Shown: in pieces, positions 39,568-51,974 of the stretch
Layout: every line of letters starts with the position of its first letter
How positions within the stretch are numbered: position 1 is the first letter of the stretch
Origin: Sphyrna mokarran
Taxonomy: Eukaryota
NCBI GenBank assembly: GCA_024679065.1
Contig: JAGIQG010000002.1
Span: 137,020,001-137,084,000 of the forward strand
Length of the DNA: 64,000 nucleotides
Direction of reading: 5' to 3'
Notes under the pieces: generated by a model
Told to the model about the DNA's origin: nothing
What the model saw: only the letters and a program-made list of their open reading frames with translations
The model's database searches: none
Program-made: the position numbers and the translations under genes

Positions 39568-41387
39568 CGACACAATCCTCCTTTGAATTGATGCTGGCTA
39601 TTAATGTTATCAAGTTCACTTCGTTCAAGTCCAAACAATTCCCCACCCACAAATGTAACGCAACTTGGTTTTTATAATTAGCATCAACTTAGTCATAACG
39701 ACTGTTATTTCTGCCCTCCTCCAATCCTGTATTTGTGTACACATTGTTCAAACGTACTTCACTGGCCACAAAGCTTTATGGGATGCAGTAGTCATAAACA
39801 GTGCTATATAAATGTAAGTCTTCTAACAGGAACAAAGCCACACTAAGACAAAACAGTTCAAGAATCTCAACAAAACAAGAAAATTGGATAAGAATACAAA
39901 CATTATGGTGCTCACACATCCCAAAAATTAAAAAGGACAATAGCAATATAAACAGATAACTGTTGTAAAATAGAGCTACATATCCTATTTAAATAGTCAA
40001 TTAAGGTTGGAGCCTGGTTGTTGTACTCACTTGCCTGGGTCAGGTAGTTCAAGATATTGTAAGCAATATTCAAATGAAAGAGACAATATTTGACCATCTT
40101 CCTCTATTACCAAAGTTTATTTTAAAGCAATTCACGAACTAATCCAAAGTTGGATGAAATAAAACCACATCAAAAGAGTGTCCATTTTAAAACATGCAAC
40201 AAGAAGCTTATCTGCAAGTTGCAAAAGGGACGCGCTGCTGCCACAAAGATCAGTGTCTAGAATTATATTTGATGGTACGAGACAACGATCCATTTTTAAA
40301 ATAGATGTCATTTTAAATGAATTGCAATTTAAATGCAAGGGGATTTTTAAAATGCGCTGGCTGGCATTAAATTGGGTAACCACAAACAGCTAAAAGACAA
40401 TGCACAAATTGCTTTTTGTTGCTGATAGATGCAAAGAACTTGGTAATTAAGTCACCACATTGCAACTCTGGCATTCAAATAACAACTTGGTGCTCCATAG
40501 GATGCTCCATTTATGCCTTATGAATGGTATGCCAGGCAAAGATTTTGAAGATGTAAATGCAGCATTGCTTTAGCTCACACTTTTACTAATTGAGTAAATG
40601 GCACAGAGAGCCAATGGCCAAGACATATGTCCAATGTGACAGGATTATTCCAGCATGGAGCAGATAGTGCTCAAATTCCACCAGGCTTTCAGTACAAAGT
40701 CCAGGACAGCTTTTTTTGCAGCACAAGGCAATCTGCATTTGCAGGACTGAAGCTGCTGATAAGCAGACCACAGTTTTCCTGGAATTATTCAAAGTTTGAC
40801 AAAAGATACAAAATAAAAATCATCCTTTACCCCTCCTTCCCCCACACATGTAGTAGCTACAAAGCAAATTGCAACATCAGAGCAAGGTCTTGCATGATAA
40901 AGATTCAGGGAAGGAGCAATATTTCACACAGCTCTTATGAAATACCAGAATGTTTAAACAGGAAAAGGATCCTCTGACATCAGTGGTAGGGGTTGAAGAA
41001 TATGCCAAAACTATACCTAAAGTAAGAGAACATTATAGTGCCTAGGAGACTGAAGATAAAAAGAAAGCATACATGATTCAACATGGTTTGAGATTTGGAG
41101 GAATGATGAAAAATGTGTTAAAGTAGTCCTAGTTACAAACTTAAAAGCTAGATCATTTTCACACTCCACTGATGTTCAATTTGTGGATAAAATGAAAAAC
41201 AAATCACTGTTTCACAAAAATAAAAATGCAACATGTGGACAGCTCTGAAGCATATGATATTTAAATTTTGGTTTTCAAATTTTGGAATCCAAACTCTGAT
41301 GCACTCTGCAGATTTGTTGGAAAGTTGACAAATCCAGACTGAGCACCCTGGAAATGTCCTCTTGCATATTTTATTTAACTATTCAGG

Positions 41388-41650
41388 GAAGCATAGTGTT
41401 TAGCACTGCTGCCTCACAGCACCAAGGTCCTAGCTTCAATTTCCAGCTTGGGTCACTATCTGTGTGAAGTTTGCACACGTTCTTGCTCATGTCTGCATGG
41501 GTTTCCTCTTGGTGCTCCGGTTTTTTCTCACAATTTGAAAGACATGTTGGTTAGGTACATCGACCCGAACAAGTGTCAGAGTATGGAAATTTCACAGTAA
41601 CTTCACTGCCTTATTAATGCAAGCCTTACTTGTGACTAATAAATAAACTT
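41388..41650 (+). mobile_element. HE1-headed SINE with alternative tail
   Basis: Head plus ccttacttgtgactaataaataaactt. Confidence 0.85.
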
Positions 41651-44600
41651 TATTTTTATTACTCAGAGGTCTAGGATTGTCTCCATTTATTGAAGAGGCC
41701 TAAATGGTATCGATATTTTAAAAAGGGAAATATAGGTCCAAACCAGGAACATTCAAGCCTGTTAGTTTGACCAGAATAAACCAGAAGGGATCATTTGAGA
41801 TAAATTACGTGACCTCCGGGGAAAGGCTCAGTACAGAATCTCAACAGGTCATGCTTCAAAGGAGAAAATGGTACAAACAAACATTCAGAATCCAAGACAA
41901 CAACAACAAATCAAATGTTTCAGTGTTAAGCAAAGAGCAAAATACCACAGATGTTGGAATAAAAGTTCTGAATGTGTCAGATTAGGCTGGAAACATTACT
42001 TCAGATTCTCTCTCAGGTACTACAAAACCTGTGGGGCTTTTTAGCACTTGCTTTTAATTTATTTCAGTAACAAAACTTCAAGGAAAGGTTTCACTCCCAA
42101 GTGTAGAATCACATTTGTTGGATAGATTCTACCTAGCAAGTCAAGCATTTGCAGGACTTCAGTTTTTGTTTCAGATTGCAAGCAAGTGAATTACGCTCTC
42201 TGTTCACACCTCACCAACCTAGTTGAGCTTCTCGGAGGAAGTTGCTAGGATGGTAGTTAGTGAGTTGAATAAAAATTGTTCATCTTGGCTTTCAACAGCA
42301 CTTCAACCACATGCCACACAGTAAGCTAGTTAGATGAAACTGACTCCAGTGCAATCAGTGGATAAACTTTGTCAAAAGGCTATTAAGTAAAATGTTTTTC
42401 CTCCTCACACAGTGACTGACTGACCTGCTAAGTGCTTTTCAACATTTTCTACCTTTATGGCAGATTTTGGTCCAAGCAAGATATTGGATGAATTTTCCCT
42501 GGAGAACGTTCTCTTGACAGACACTGCCTGACAAGCGAATGTGCGCAGGATGCCTGTTTCAGATTTTGCCTTCTTAGGAGAACAGCGATTAACAGAATAC
42601 ATTAGGGTTCAATGTTATTCTTCACCTTTTATTAATGATCCGGAGCAAGACGTAAGGGGAAAACGCACGCAAGTTCGCAATTGTTCCAAAGATGCATCAA
42701 AAGCTTAGATAAGAAAACTTATTCAAAAACTACATTCAAAAAGAAGATCTAGATGTGAAGAAAATGGGTCCACATCTAGCAACTATCACTTAATGTAAAT
42801 AAACGGTGCTATTCCAGTATAAGGAATACTTAATTCAAGCATAGTAAACTTGAGAAAAACCTGGATTTTAGTTCATGAAGCTTGAGAGTCCACGATCAGC
42901 AAACAGACTGTCAGGATGATCAAATATTCATGTGTCCCCAGCTTTGATCCTCTTTTAGTGGGTGTTGAAGGCTCTAAAGAAGATCACTAGCTCCTCACCT
43001 AACAACCACATACAATAATCATCAGGTGTTTGAATGTCACAGGACATGCACAAACTTTACATGGGCTAATTATTGCTGGTAGCAGTCTTCTGGGTTCCCA
43101 TCCTGACTGCTAGTCTTTGAAGATCTATTCAATATGTTGATTTGTAAGGACCATAATCTTTTCACTTCACAAAAGTCAGTATAATACTTCACAACAGTAT
43201 GTTACACTGAAAACTGAAGCACACATTAGTTTTTAATGGGTGAGAACATTGTGTTTCTGACATTTGCTTCCAGAGCTTGATTCCAGATTGTGATTTATGC
43301 ATTACCACAGTCCTCCTAGTAGGCCAATAGTTCCATTTCTACAGCAGATGTTTCTGTACCAAGAGATGGATCGAATAACCATCACTGACCATGTCAATCA
43401 TGAATGGGTTTACAAGAAAGGTAAAAGCAGGATCTCTGTTCCTGCAAGGCATCAAAACTGGCTTGAAAATTACCAAGCAATCCATCTTTAAATTTTGGAA
43501 TGTGTTTACTCTTCTTTAGAGATGGGGAAGTGGTTGAAGGTTCATGACAATATGTCTCTTTACAAAAGCTTTACTTTATTCTGGAAGTTGAAAATGATCT
43601 GGGTAAGAGTATAAATAATCTTATCCTTCCCCTGGATAGCAAGGGAAGGGTTACAAATGTTTCATAATATCCTAAAAAGCAGAGATCTTGCATCCATTTA
43701 TCATGCTCCAACTTGGACAGGGGAAAAGTAATGGTAGGTTCCAACATTCCCAGAAACCTATTCAAGACAACACTGGTTAACAACTTCCACAATGCAGTAG
43801 AAAGACTCATTGTCAAGCTCCTGTTCAAGATCCAGCCTTTCAATAAGTTTTCAACTGTCAGTGAGTCTTCAATTTAGAGAACTGTTTTCTTAAGCTTTTT
43901 GTATGATCAATGAATATAGAGAAACTTCAGAAATTTGGGATCACTATCCAAGAGTACCCACATTTTCCCTACCATTGCAGATGCTCCATCCAAAGTTCAC
44001 CCAATGGTTCATCAGCAAATATGGTTCCTTAATGGTGAAAGCAAAACTTCCTTCCCATTCTGGCTTAAAATTTCTGTTTCCATAGTTCTGCTTTTCAATT
44101 TGACAACATCATTTTCATTCACAAAATTTAGAGTTGACATAAATCTAAAGCTAAAGACAATTTATGTTTATCAACCGGAAGATAGACTATCCCCGGCTCT
44201 GCCATTCCCGATTACCAGATGACTGAACTTTCATTAAACTGCTTCTCTCATTTAGATTCTTCCTTAAATAAAGAGACTAAATGCTGCTAGATGTGGTATC
44301 ACTAACACCATACACAACTGTAGGAAAACATCCCAGCTTTCATACACCATTGCTCCTGCAATAACATTTCATGTGTCTTCGTAATTACTGGCTACAGGGA
44401 GAATGTCTCTGTGAGGAAAACAATTGTCATTGAAATAATACATCAAGAATTCCAATAGGGAATCCAGAAGAAACTTCTTTACCCAAATAATGGTGAGAAT
44501 GTGAAACTCACCATCACAGGGGGAGGCTGAAGCAAATAATCACACTGAAGGAGAAGGTTACTAACAATGAATTTACAGAATTTCAAATTCATTAAAGCTC

Positions 44601-46019
44601 AAGGAGGCCACTCAGCTCATTGTAGCTGCAACAGCTCTCCAAATGAGTGATTCACCCAGTGCCTTGCCCCACCTTCTCCCCATAATCCTGCACTTCTTAC
44701 CATTTCAGGTAACAGCCAATTCCCTCTTGAATACGTCGATTGAACTTTGAGAAAAGATGGAAAGAGGTTTGAATGGAACATAAACACCAGTATGGAGAAT
44801 TTGGGCCAAATGGCCTATGTCTGTGCTGTATAACCGATATAATCATTTAGCACAATATTAGGTTTATAGTATGGAAAAAGACAAGGAGAGTACAGAAAGT
44901 GCAATGGAAAAAAAGAGGGACAAAGGAAAGTGAGAAATATAAAAGCAATCTTAGCATAGAGGTTAATCAAAAGAAAGGATGACAGTGATCAGGGACAAAA
45001 AAAAGTTGCCTGTGGAGGCCGAGGACATGGCACTAAATGGAGATCTTGGCATCTTATACTGTATGATGATTGTTATTGACAGAACACACAAGTGATAATA
45101 GAATCAATGCTCTGTCCTTAACAGAATCCGACTAGACTGAAACAATCGGCACTTCATCTTACATTAAACAGTAAGCAAAATTACATAATTTGATGTCCAG
45201 TCATGGTTTGCATCTTTCCGGTTCCAATAAAAAGCACAAAACAACGCTTGAAGTTGTTTGGAACACTAAACAAATTTCAATTATTTCAGATTATTTGAAA
45301 AACAGTGTCTCAGGTTCAAAGGATGTTTCAAAACAATGTAGAAGTTAACATTTTTTTGATGAAAATTGCTAATTTTAAATAAAATTGAAATATTTAAAAC
45401 ATTTTTTCTATTTTTCATGCGCTTGGATAACAAGGCTGTCACAAACAATGACTTAGCACTAAAACTGATGCTGTATTTAACCTATTAAAGCAATTCAACA
45501 TAGGCCTGCACTTTTGCAACCCCCATTGTATGCATGAAGTCAATGCTTAACACACACTACCAAGCTAACTATAAAAAGCCCTTTCAAACCTTTGGCAAGG
45601 AAACAAAGTTAAATCAATGTTCCATCAGTCTCTCTATACACTAAAGCCATGAATACCACCATAACCTGGGGCTCTGAAATGGATTTGGCTGCTGAAAAGA
45701 CAGATGTGCAAACAGCCTGTTTCAAACATGAAGAATTACAAAGTCAATTGCAGCAAAACAACAAAAAAAAAGTACAATGTAATCCTCATAGAATCAGAGC
45801 TGAGAAGGAACCCATTCAACTCACCACATCTTTACTCTGAAATATCTGATTAGTATCTTTAGCTCTTTCCGTAGATTTTTTCTTTTTGATTATATCATCC
45901 CTTTGAAAGTGACTATTGATTCCGTTTCAGCTGCCTTTTCAGGAATTGCATTCCAGATTGCAACAATTTGCTGCATAAAAAAGATCTCATTTCCCCTCCC
46001 TGGATTTTTTGCCTTTAAT

Positions 46020-46360
46020 TTTTCCAGCTTGGGTCACTGTGTGGAATTTGCACATTTTCCCTATGTGTCTGCCTGGGTTTCCTCTGGGCACTACTGTTTC
46101 CTTCCACAGTCCAAAAATATCAGGGTTAGGTTAATTGACCATGCTATATTGCTTCTAGGTGTTACAGGATTAGGGCCAGGATGGGATTGTTGTCTGTGGG
46201 CTAAATGGCCTCCTTAGTTAGGTGCATTGACTCAAACAGGCACCGGACTGTGGCAACTAGGGGAATTTCACAGCAACTTCATTGCAGTGTTAATGTAAGC
46301 CTTACTTCTGACTAATAAATAAATTTTATTTTCTTTTCTGCACTGTAGATATTCTATGAT
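46020..46360 (+). mobile_element. Composite SINE: alternative-tail fragment inserted within an HE1 CR1-type tail
   Basis: gggctaaatggcctcctt | alternative tail ~46216-46330 | ttctgcactgtagatattctatg. Confidence 0.7.
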
Positions 46361-46960
46361 TTTTAACTTGTGTCCTCTGGTTATTGATCAATCTGCCAGT
46401 GGAATATTTCCCAGATTTACTCCTTATCAAAATCTTTTATCAATTTTTTAAATAGTTAATTCTCCCCTTAACTCTTCCCCACTCAGGAGAAAGTCCAGGT
46501 TTTATTGCTCCTCCACATAACTGAAATTCATGGTACCTCTGCACCCACTCGCCAAGAGTTTGGCATCCCACCTGAAATGTGCTGCCCAGAATCTGATAAT
46601 ATTCTGTTCTATTTGAAGCGCAACCAATAATTTATAAAGGTTTACCACAACTTCCTTGCTTTGTATTCTATGCCTATTTATAAAGCTAAGGATCACATCT
46701 GCTTTTTTTAAAAAAAGACAGTCGCATGAACTTATCCTGGCACCTTTAAAGATTTATGTACATCAAATCCCATGTCTCTTCGAACACCCCCTTAAAAACT
46801 GCATCATTTAATTTTTAATCAACTCTCTGCATTCTTCCTTCCACCATGCATCACTTCACACCTCTTGATCATATTGCATTCATCATTTACTGCTCCTTTC
46901 AGCAATATGAAGTAGCTCTCCCATACAGAGCTGCTTGTATCCTCCTCCTGTTTATTAAAT
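46360..46960 (-). mobile_element. Decayed CR1-like fragment
   Basis: ORF 46502-46696 ILSFINRHRIQSKEVVVNLYKLLV..QIE...FWAAHF. Confidence 0.75.
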
Positions 46961-47984
46961 TTGTAACTTCGGTCATTCACAAACTGAATTCATATTCTTG
47001 AGTGCAAGGACAGTTGACATTAAAATTCAAACTCAATATTGCAAACACCAAATGCATCCTACTCCATGTCACTCCTGAAAATAGCTGGCAGTCTGCTATA
47101 CTTTCCATGAATAGGACCCATCTACATTTGCGAGTTTCAATTTCTCTTCAGTAATACTTTTAATTCTACTTTTTTTGGTCTATAGTTGGTTTTGCATTTC
47201 TGATGTTTTCAGAAGATTGAGTTTTTACTTCCATAAAAAAAGTACTGAACAAGTGACTGCAACCAACTTGCATTTAATTGAAACCAGAGACAAAAGTACT
47301 CAGCCAATTGACCCAGCAATATATTAAAATAGATCCCCACCACAAATAACAATGCCATATTAAATCTAGCTCATCCATCATCCCATACCACCAACTTTCA
47401 TCTGTTAGCTCCCTACAGATGAGGAAAATATACAATTTGAAATCGGTAAATTTCTTCACAGCCTTGTTCGTAAGCCAGCTGGAATCTGGGATCAAAGAAA
47501 AATGGCCAACAGAATAGTTGCACCCAATCCGTGCCAAGTTGATTGAGTGGGAACAGGAAGCTACTGGTCAGGCTGGGAAATGCATTTCTGGAGCTGCAAA
47601 GTGCTATAAACACAGATTCCAGTCTCCTCACAAGCAAAATCTCACTTCCTTCCAGCCAAGTCCTCCATTTATTTTCTTCCTCAATCACGCTTTCATGGGC
47701 TGCAAAAACCCCATGGGAAGCAAGAAAACCTGAGCATGACATGCAGAAATTGACAGGCAATACAATGCTGAGTAAGACACGGGATAAAGGCATGGAAAGT
47801 GCATGGAAATGAAAAAGTAAGCCAAATTTAAAATAGAGAAAAAAAATAAAAGTGGGACACAAGGCAGGGAAGGGAGGGTTACAGTTCTTTCATTTTTCTC
47901 CATAGAAAGCCAAAGACAAGTAAGGCAGAACGTCCATGTTCATCTTCATGGGTCATGTAATCCTATCTTACGGTAGATCATAGA

Positions 47985-48340
47985 TGTCACTGTCTCCAAG
48001 TGAAAGTTGCAGGATCAAGCCCCACTTTACAAACTTTAGCACTCAATCTGTGCTGACTGCCGCCGTCAAATCAAGACTGTATTTAGGTGCTCCAGGTGAA
48101 CGTCAAAATCCCATGGCACTATTCAAAGGGCAGAAGGTTCCCCTGGTACCCCGGCAAACATTCCTCTGAACCAACACCACCAAAAATGGATTCTCGGTTC
48201 AATTCATCTCTGTTCGCGAAAGGCCTCGTCGAAGTGCAGCTTAGCTGTACGTGTCCGCCGACAGAAGTTTCAACGCTTTGCTCTCTGCCGAAGGGTTTCA
48301 CCGACGTTGTAAACAGCGCGGAAATCAATGCATTTCTCTC
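47985..48340 (+). mobile_element. Deu-domain SINE relic with retained CpGs
   Basis: caggtgaacgtcaaaatcccatggcactattcaaagggcag...ccggcaaacattcctctgaaccaacaccacc matches the recalled Deu-domain core. Confidence 0.65.
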
Positions 48341-48479
48341 TCAAATTTCCTGGGCTCGCCGATTTCCTCGTCACCCTCAGCCGCACATGCAAGCATTGGC
48401 GATGCAGTTCTGCCAAACACTAGCACACAAAAACATGGCAAATGTCCATCGCGCAGAAACGAGGGGTTGGCGGGGGTGG

Positions 48480-48860
48480 GAAATAGGAACGAGAAATAGG
48501 AAGAGGGAAAGAGGACAAGCGTGAGAAATGAGAGAAAGGACAGGAGTAATAGGAGGACAGACAGAACGAGGATAAGTGAGAAATTGGAACAGAAAGAAAG
48601 TACGAATAAGAAATCGAGGGAGAGGGGGAACAAGAGTAAGAAATAAGGAGAGAGAAAGATGACAAGAGTGAGAAATAGGAACAGAGAGAAAGAACAGTAA
48701 GAAATAAGACAGAAAGAAAACAAGTGAGAAATAGAAACAAAGAAAAAGAACAAGAATGAGAAACAGACAGGGAGAGCAGTGAGAAATGGGAAGACAGTGA
48801 GAGAGAATGGACAGGATTAAGAAATAGGTGACAAATATGAACATAGAGGGAGGGAGAGGT
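48480..48860 (+). repeat. Purine-rich degenerate tandem repeat (~27-30 bp unit gtgagaaataggaacagagagaaaagaacaa)
   Basis: Repeated gagaaatag/caagagt(g/a)agaaat motifs. Confidence 0.85.
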
Positions 48861-48949
48861 GGATGGATGTGTGTCTGGGCTCAGATGATTGTTTGTGTAA
48901 AGTGATCGCCACTGGGAACCACACTACTGAGAGAGGCAGGGCTTGCCAA

Positions 48950-49450
48950 AGCTGAAGTCGGGGCGCTGAAGCCACAGCCCTTTCCCTTCAGCACTCACTC
49001 CGGGGAAGTGGGGAGACAGGAGTTGGGGGAAGACGGGGGCCCGGCCGGAGCCACTGTCACCACCTTCCTCCCTGTCTGAACAAACTCCACGGAACGAAGG
49101 GGCGGGATCCATCGGCGGCTCCCTCTGGATGTTTTACCTGGTGAGAGGGGGAAGGAGGGAGGTGGAGGAGAGTCGCCGGGCTGTGCGCTCTCGGCCGTCC
49201 ACTCGGTCAGTCTGCTCCCGCTCCTCCGGGCTCCTGTCGCCTCCCTCTCTTCCTAGGAAGCTGCCATTTTCAGACGGCCGGCACCGCGCATGCGCCCTGC
49301 TCCCTGCCGCCGTCACGGGACCCGCGCCTGACCGGAAGTTGACCCATCGGCAGCGGTTGGAAGTTGCGTCATTTCGAAGCGACAGCCCGGCTCAGTCAGT
49401 TAAGGGAGAAGGTTGTCCGGCAGTGACTGATGGCCAGCGTTAAATTCCCA
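48950..49450 (-). promoter_or_regulatory. CpG-island housekeeping promoter of DNAJC13
   Basis: GC/CpG-rich. YY1-like AAAATGGC (49263-70, minus), NRF1 palindrome GCGCATGCGC (49286-95), ETS/GABP CCGGAAGT (49332-39), CRE-like TGCGTCA (49365-71). Confidence 0.8.
49138..49300 (-). other. DNAJC13: Probable non-coding exon 1 (5'UTR) of DNAJC13; 5' end approximate
   Basis: CAG|GTAAAA donor at 49138/49137 inside the only strongly CpG-rich region upstream of exon 2. Confidence 0.65.
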
Positions 49451-49529
49451 GTCATTATTTTACATTTTAATCCAGCTATGACTGTAACACTATATTCTGC
49501 ATCCTCTCCTTCTCTGCGTTAAAGTTAAA

Positions 49530-49780
49530 AAGTTTATTTATTAGTCAGAAGTAAGGCTTGCATTAACACTGCAATGAAGTTTCTGTGAAATTCCCCTAGC
49601 CGACACAATCCGGCGCCTGTTTGGGTCAATGCACCTAACCAGCACATCTCTAAGTCTGCGGGAGGAAACCCACACTGACCTGGGGAGAACGTGCAAACCC
49701 CACATAGTGACCCAAGCTGGGAATCAAACCCAGGTTCCTGGCGCTGTGAGGCAACAATGTTAACCGCAATGCCGTACCAT
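49530..49780 (-). mobile_element. HE1-headed SINE with alternative tail
   Basis: aagtttatttattagtcagaagtaaggcttgcattaacactgcaatgaag...ggcgctgtgaggc. Confidence 0.85.
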
Positions 49781-49789
49781 ATGAACTCT

Positions 49790-50355
49790 ATGTTTTGAAT
49801 GGAACTAGCTCTTATTAAATTGATCTTTCTCCACATCCTAGCTATGAATGTAACACTAACATTCTGCACTTTCCTTCTCTGAACAGTATGCTTTGATTTA
49901 CAGTGCAAGAAACAATACCTTTCACTGTATACTAATACATGAGACAATAAATCAAATCAAAACGTCCTACTGTAAGAAACATAGCTCAGTCCATCACGCT
50001 GACCAGCCTCCCATCCATTGCTTCCATCTACACATTCCACTGCTCAAAAAAGCAGCCAGCACAATCAAGGACGCCACACATCCTGCACATACTCTCTTCC
50101 ACTTTCTTACGTCATCACTTACCGATGAACTTAAGAATAGCTTCTTCCCATTGCCATCAGACTTTTGAATGGACTAACTTCTATATTAAGCTGATCTTTT
50201 CCTACACCCTTGTTATGACTAACATTACATTCTGTACTCTCTCCTTTCCTTCTCTCCTATGTACTCTATGAACAATATGTTTTATCTGTATAGCATGCAA
50301 GAAACAATACTTTTCACAATATCCCAATACATGTGTCAATAATAAATCTAATCAA
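49790..50355 (+). mobile_element. Two tandem Rex1/Babar-like 3' fragments
   Basis: KAASTIKDATHPAHTLFHFL...LKNSFFP. Tails aataaatcaaatcaaa at ~49955 and ~50350. Confidence 0.8.
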
Positions 50356-50364
50356 AGCAAAACT

Positions 50365-51232
50365 GTCCATGTCGATAGTGAAGAGGGGTGTTCTAGTTTG
50401 CAGAGAGACTTGGACAAGTTGCAGAGCTGGGCTGAGAGGTGGAAAATGGGGTTTAATGTGGAAAAGTGTGAGGTAATGCACTTTGGCAGGAATAACAAAT
50501 GTGTAGAGTATAGGGCTAATGGTAGGACTCTTAATAGTGTTGATGAACAGAGGGATCCTGGTGTATGTGTGCGTAGATCCCTGAAAGTTAGCAATCAAGT
50601 CGATAAGGTTGTTAAGAAGGCATATGGAGTCTTAGCTTTTATTGGTAGGGGGATTGAATTTCGGAGCAGCAACGTCATGTTGCAACTGTACAAAACTCTA
50701 GTGCGGCCGCACTTGGAGTATTGTGTGCAGTTCTTGTCCCCGCATTATAAGAAAGATGTGGAGGCATTGGAGAGGGTACAGAGGAGGTTTACCAGGATGT
50801 TGCCTGGTATGGAAGGCAGGTCTTACAAAGAGAGGCTGAGGGATTTGAGGTTGTTTTCGTTAGAAAGAAGGCGGCTAAGAGGAGACCTTATTGAAAAATA
50901 TAAGATGATTAGAGGTTTAGATAGGGTGGACAGTGATAGCCTTTTTCCTAGGATGGAGAAAGCTAGCACGAGGGGACATAGCTTTAAATTAAGGGGTGGT
51001 GGTTTTAGGACAGATGTCAGAGGTAGGTTCTTTACCCAGGGGGTGGTAAGGGTATGGAATGCCTTGCCTGCGTCAGTTGTAGATGCGCCAAGTTTGGTGG
51101 CGTTTAAGAGGTTAGTAGATAAGTTTATGGATGAAAGGGGAATGGTTTAGGTTAGAGGGTCACTGCTTGTTCCTAATTGGTCGGCGCAACATCGAGGGCC
51201 GAAGGGCCTGTTCTGCGCTGTAATGTTCTATG
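50365..51232 (+). mobile_element. Young 5'-truncated CR1/HER1 LINE (ORF2 C-terminus plus 3'UTR)
   Basis: Open 250-aa frame QRDLDKLQSWAERWKMGFNVEKCEVMHFG...LYKTLVRPHLEYCVQF...LERRRLRGDLIE...FFTQGVVRVWNALP. Tail gggccgaagggcctgttctgcgctgtaatgttctatg. Confidence 0.95.
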
Positions 51233-51339
51233 TGTAACTATAAGACCCAGGAATATAAATATAAATTTGAGAGTCTGAATTTGTAAATATGAATTTCTAA
51301 TTAGGAACTTTTTTCCTGTGGTGAAAAGACAGCTATTAT

Positions 51340-51530
51340 TCAAGAAATAAACACTCCATTTATTTGAAATCTGCCTGTTTTAATTTCAGTATCTATCATT
51401 GAAGAGAGCAGCTTCCTAACTAACAATCCTATTCCATGACAAAGTCCTTGTTTTGGATTCAAGTCCCTTGGCAACATTATAATTGTTCCATTCTTCAGTC
51501 TGAGTTTGAAATGAGGTGGGTAGAATCTCT
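51340..51530 (-). mobile_element. Helitron Pif1-type helicase relic
   Basis: PPHFKLRLKNGTIIMLPRDLNPKQGLCHGIGLLVRKL...IDTEIKTGRF...VFIS matches the PPH.L.LK.G..IMLLRNLNP..GLCNGTRL motif. Confidence 0.8.
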
Positions 51531-51974
51531 GAAAGGTACAGAGTGTTATCATATTCTATCCTTCTGCCCTGTCTCTCCCATACCACCCCCACCCCATGTC
51601 ATTCCCTCTTTCTCCTTGCTATCTCGAGCCCTATCCCTACTGTCAATCCTGTCACATTGCACACACAATCATTCTCTCCAGCCAGGCTAACTTTGTTGTC
51701 AGGCTCCTCTCTATTATTTTTGTTCTCCTACAGTACCAGCCCCACCCCCTCGCTGTCACCATCAACAGTTGGCAGTTACATGTCTGTTAAATGCTCCAGT
51801 CCTCTGCAAGTGCTAGGCACCACCCACCAAATAAACACTTCAACGTATGTGCCCGTTAAACTGACCAACTTAAACAATCTGGACAGACAAGAACTCTGTA
51901 TATTGTAGAGATAAACGTGAAAAATGTTGGAAAAACACAACCTGAAAGTCATGGACTCAAAATGTTAAATCTGA

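Noticed and set aside
39350-39652. 100-aa ORF within the inverted repeat arm
   Set aside because: No recognisable domain and no convincing splice context.
43100-44230. Possible very old L1/Tx1-like ORF2 relic (KWMQDL etc.)
   Set aside because: Motifs are too degenerate to support without a search.
48325-48844. Long hydrophobic minus-strand ORFs (F/L/S-rich)
   Set aside because: Artefacts of the low-complexity purine repeat.
49129-49443. Arg/Ser-rich ORFs at the promoter
   Set aside because: A consequence of high GC content; no recognisable protein.
50398-51150. 250-aa ORF as a host gene divergent from DNAJC13
   Set aside because: It is the standard CR1 ORF2 C-terminus with a CR1 3'UTR, 5'-truncated and without a real start codon.
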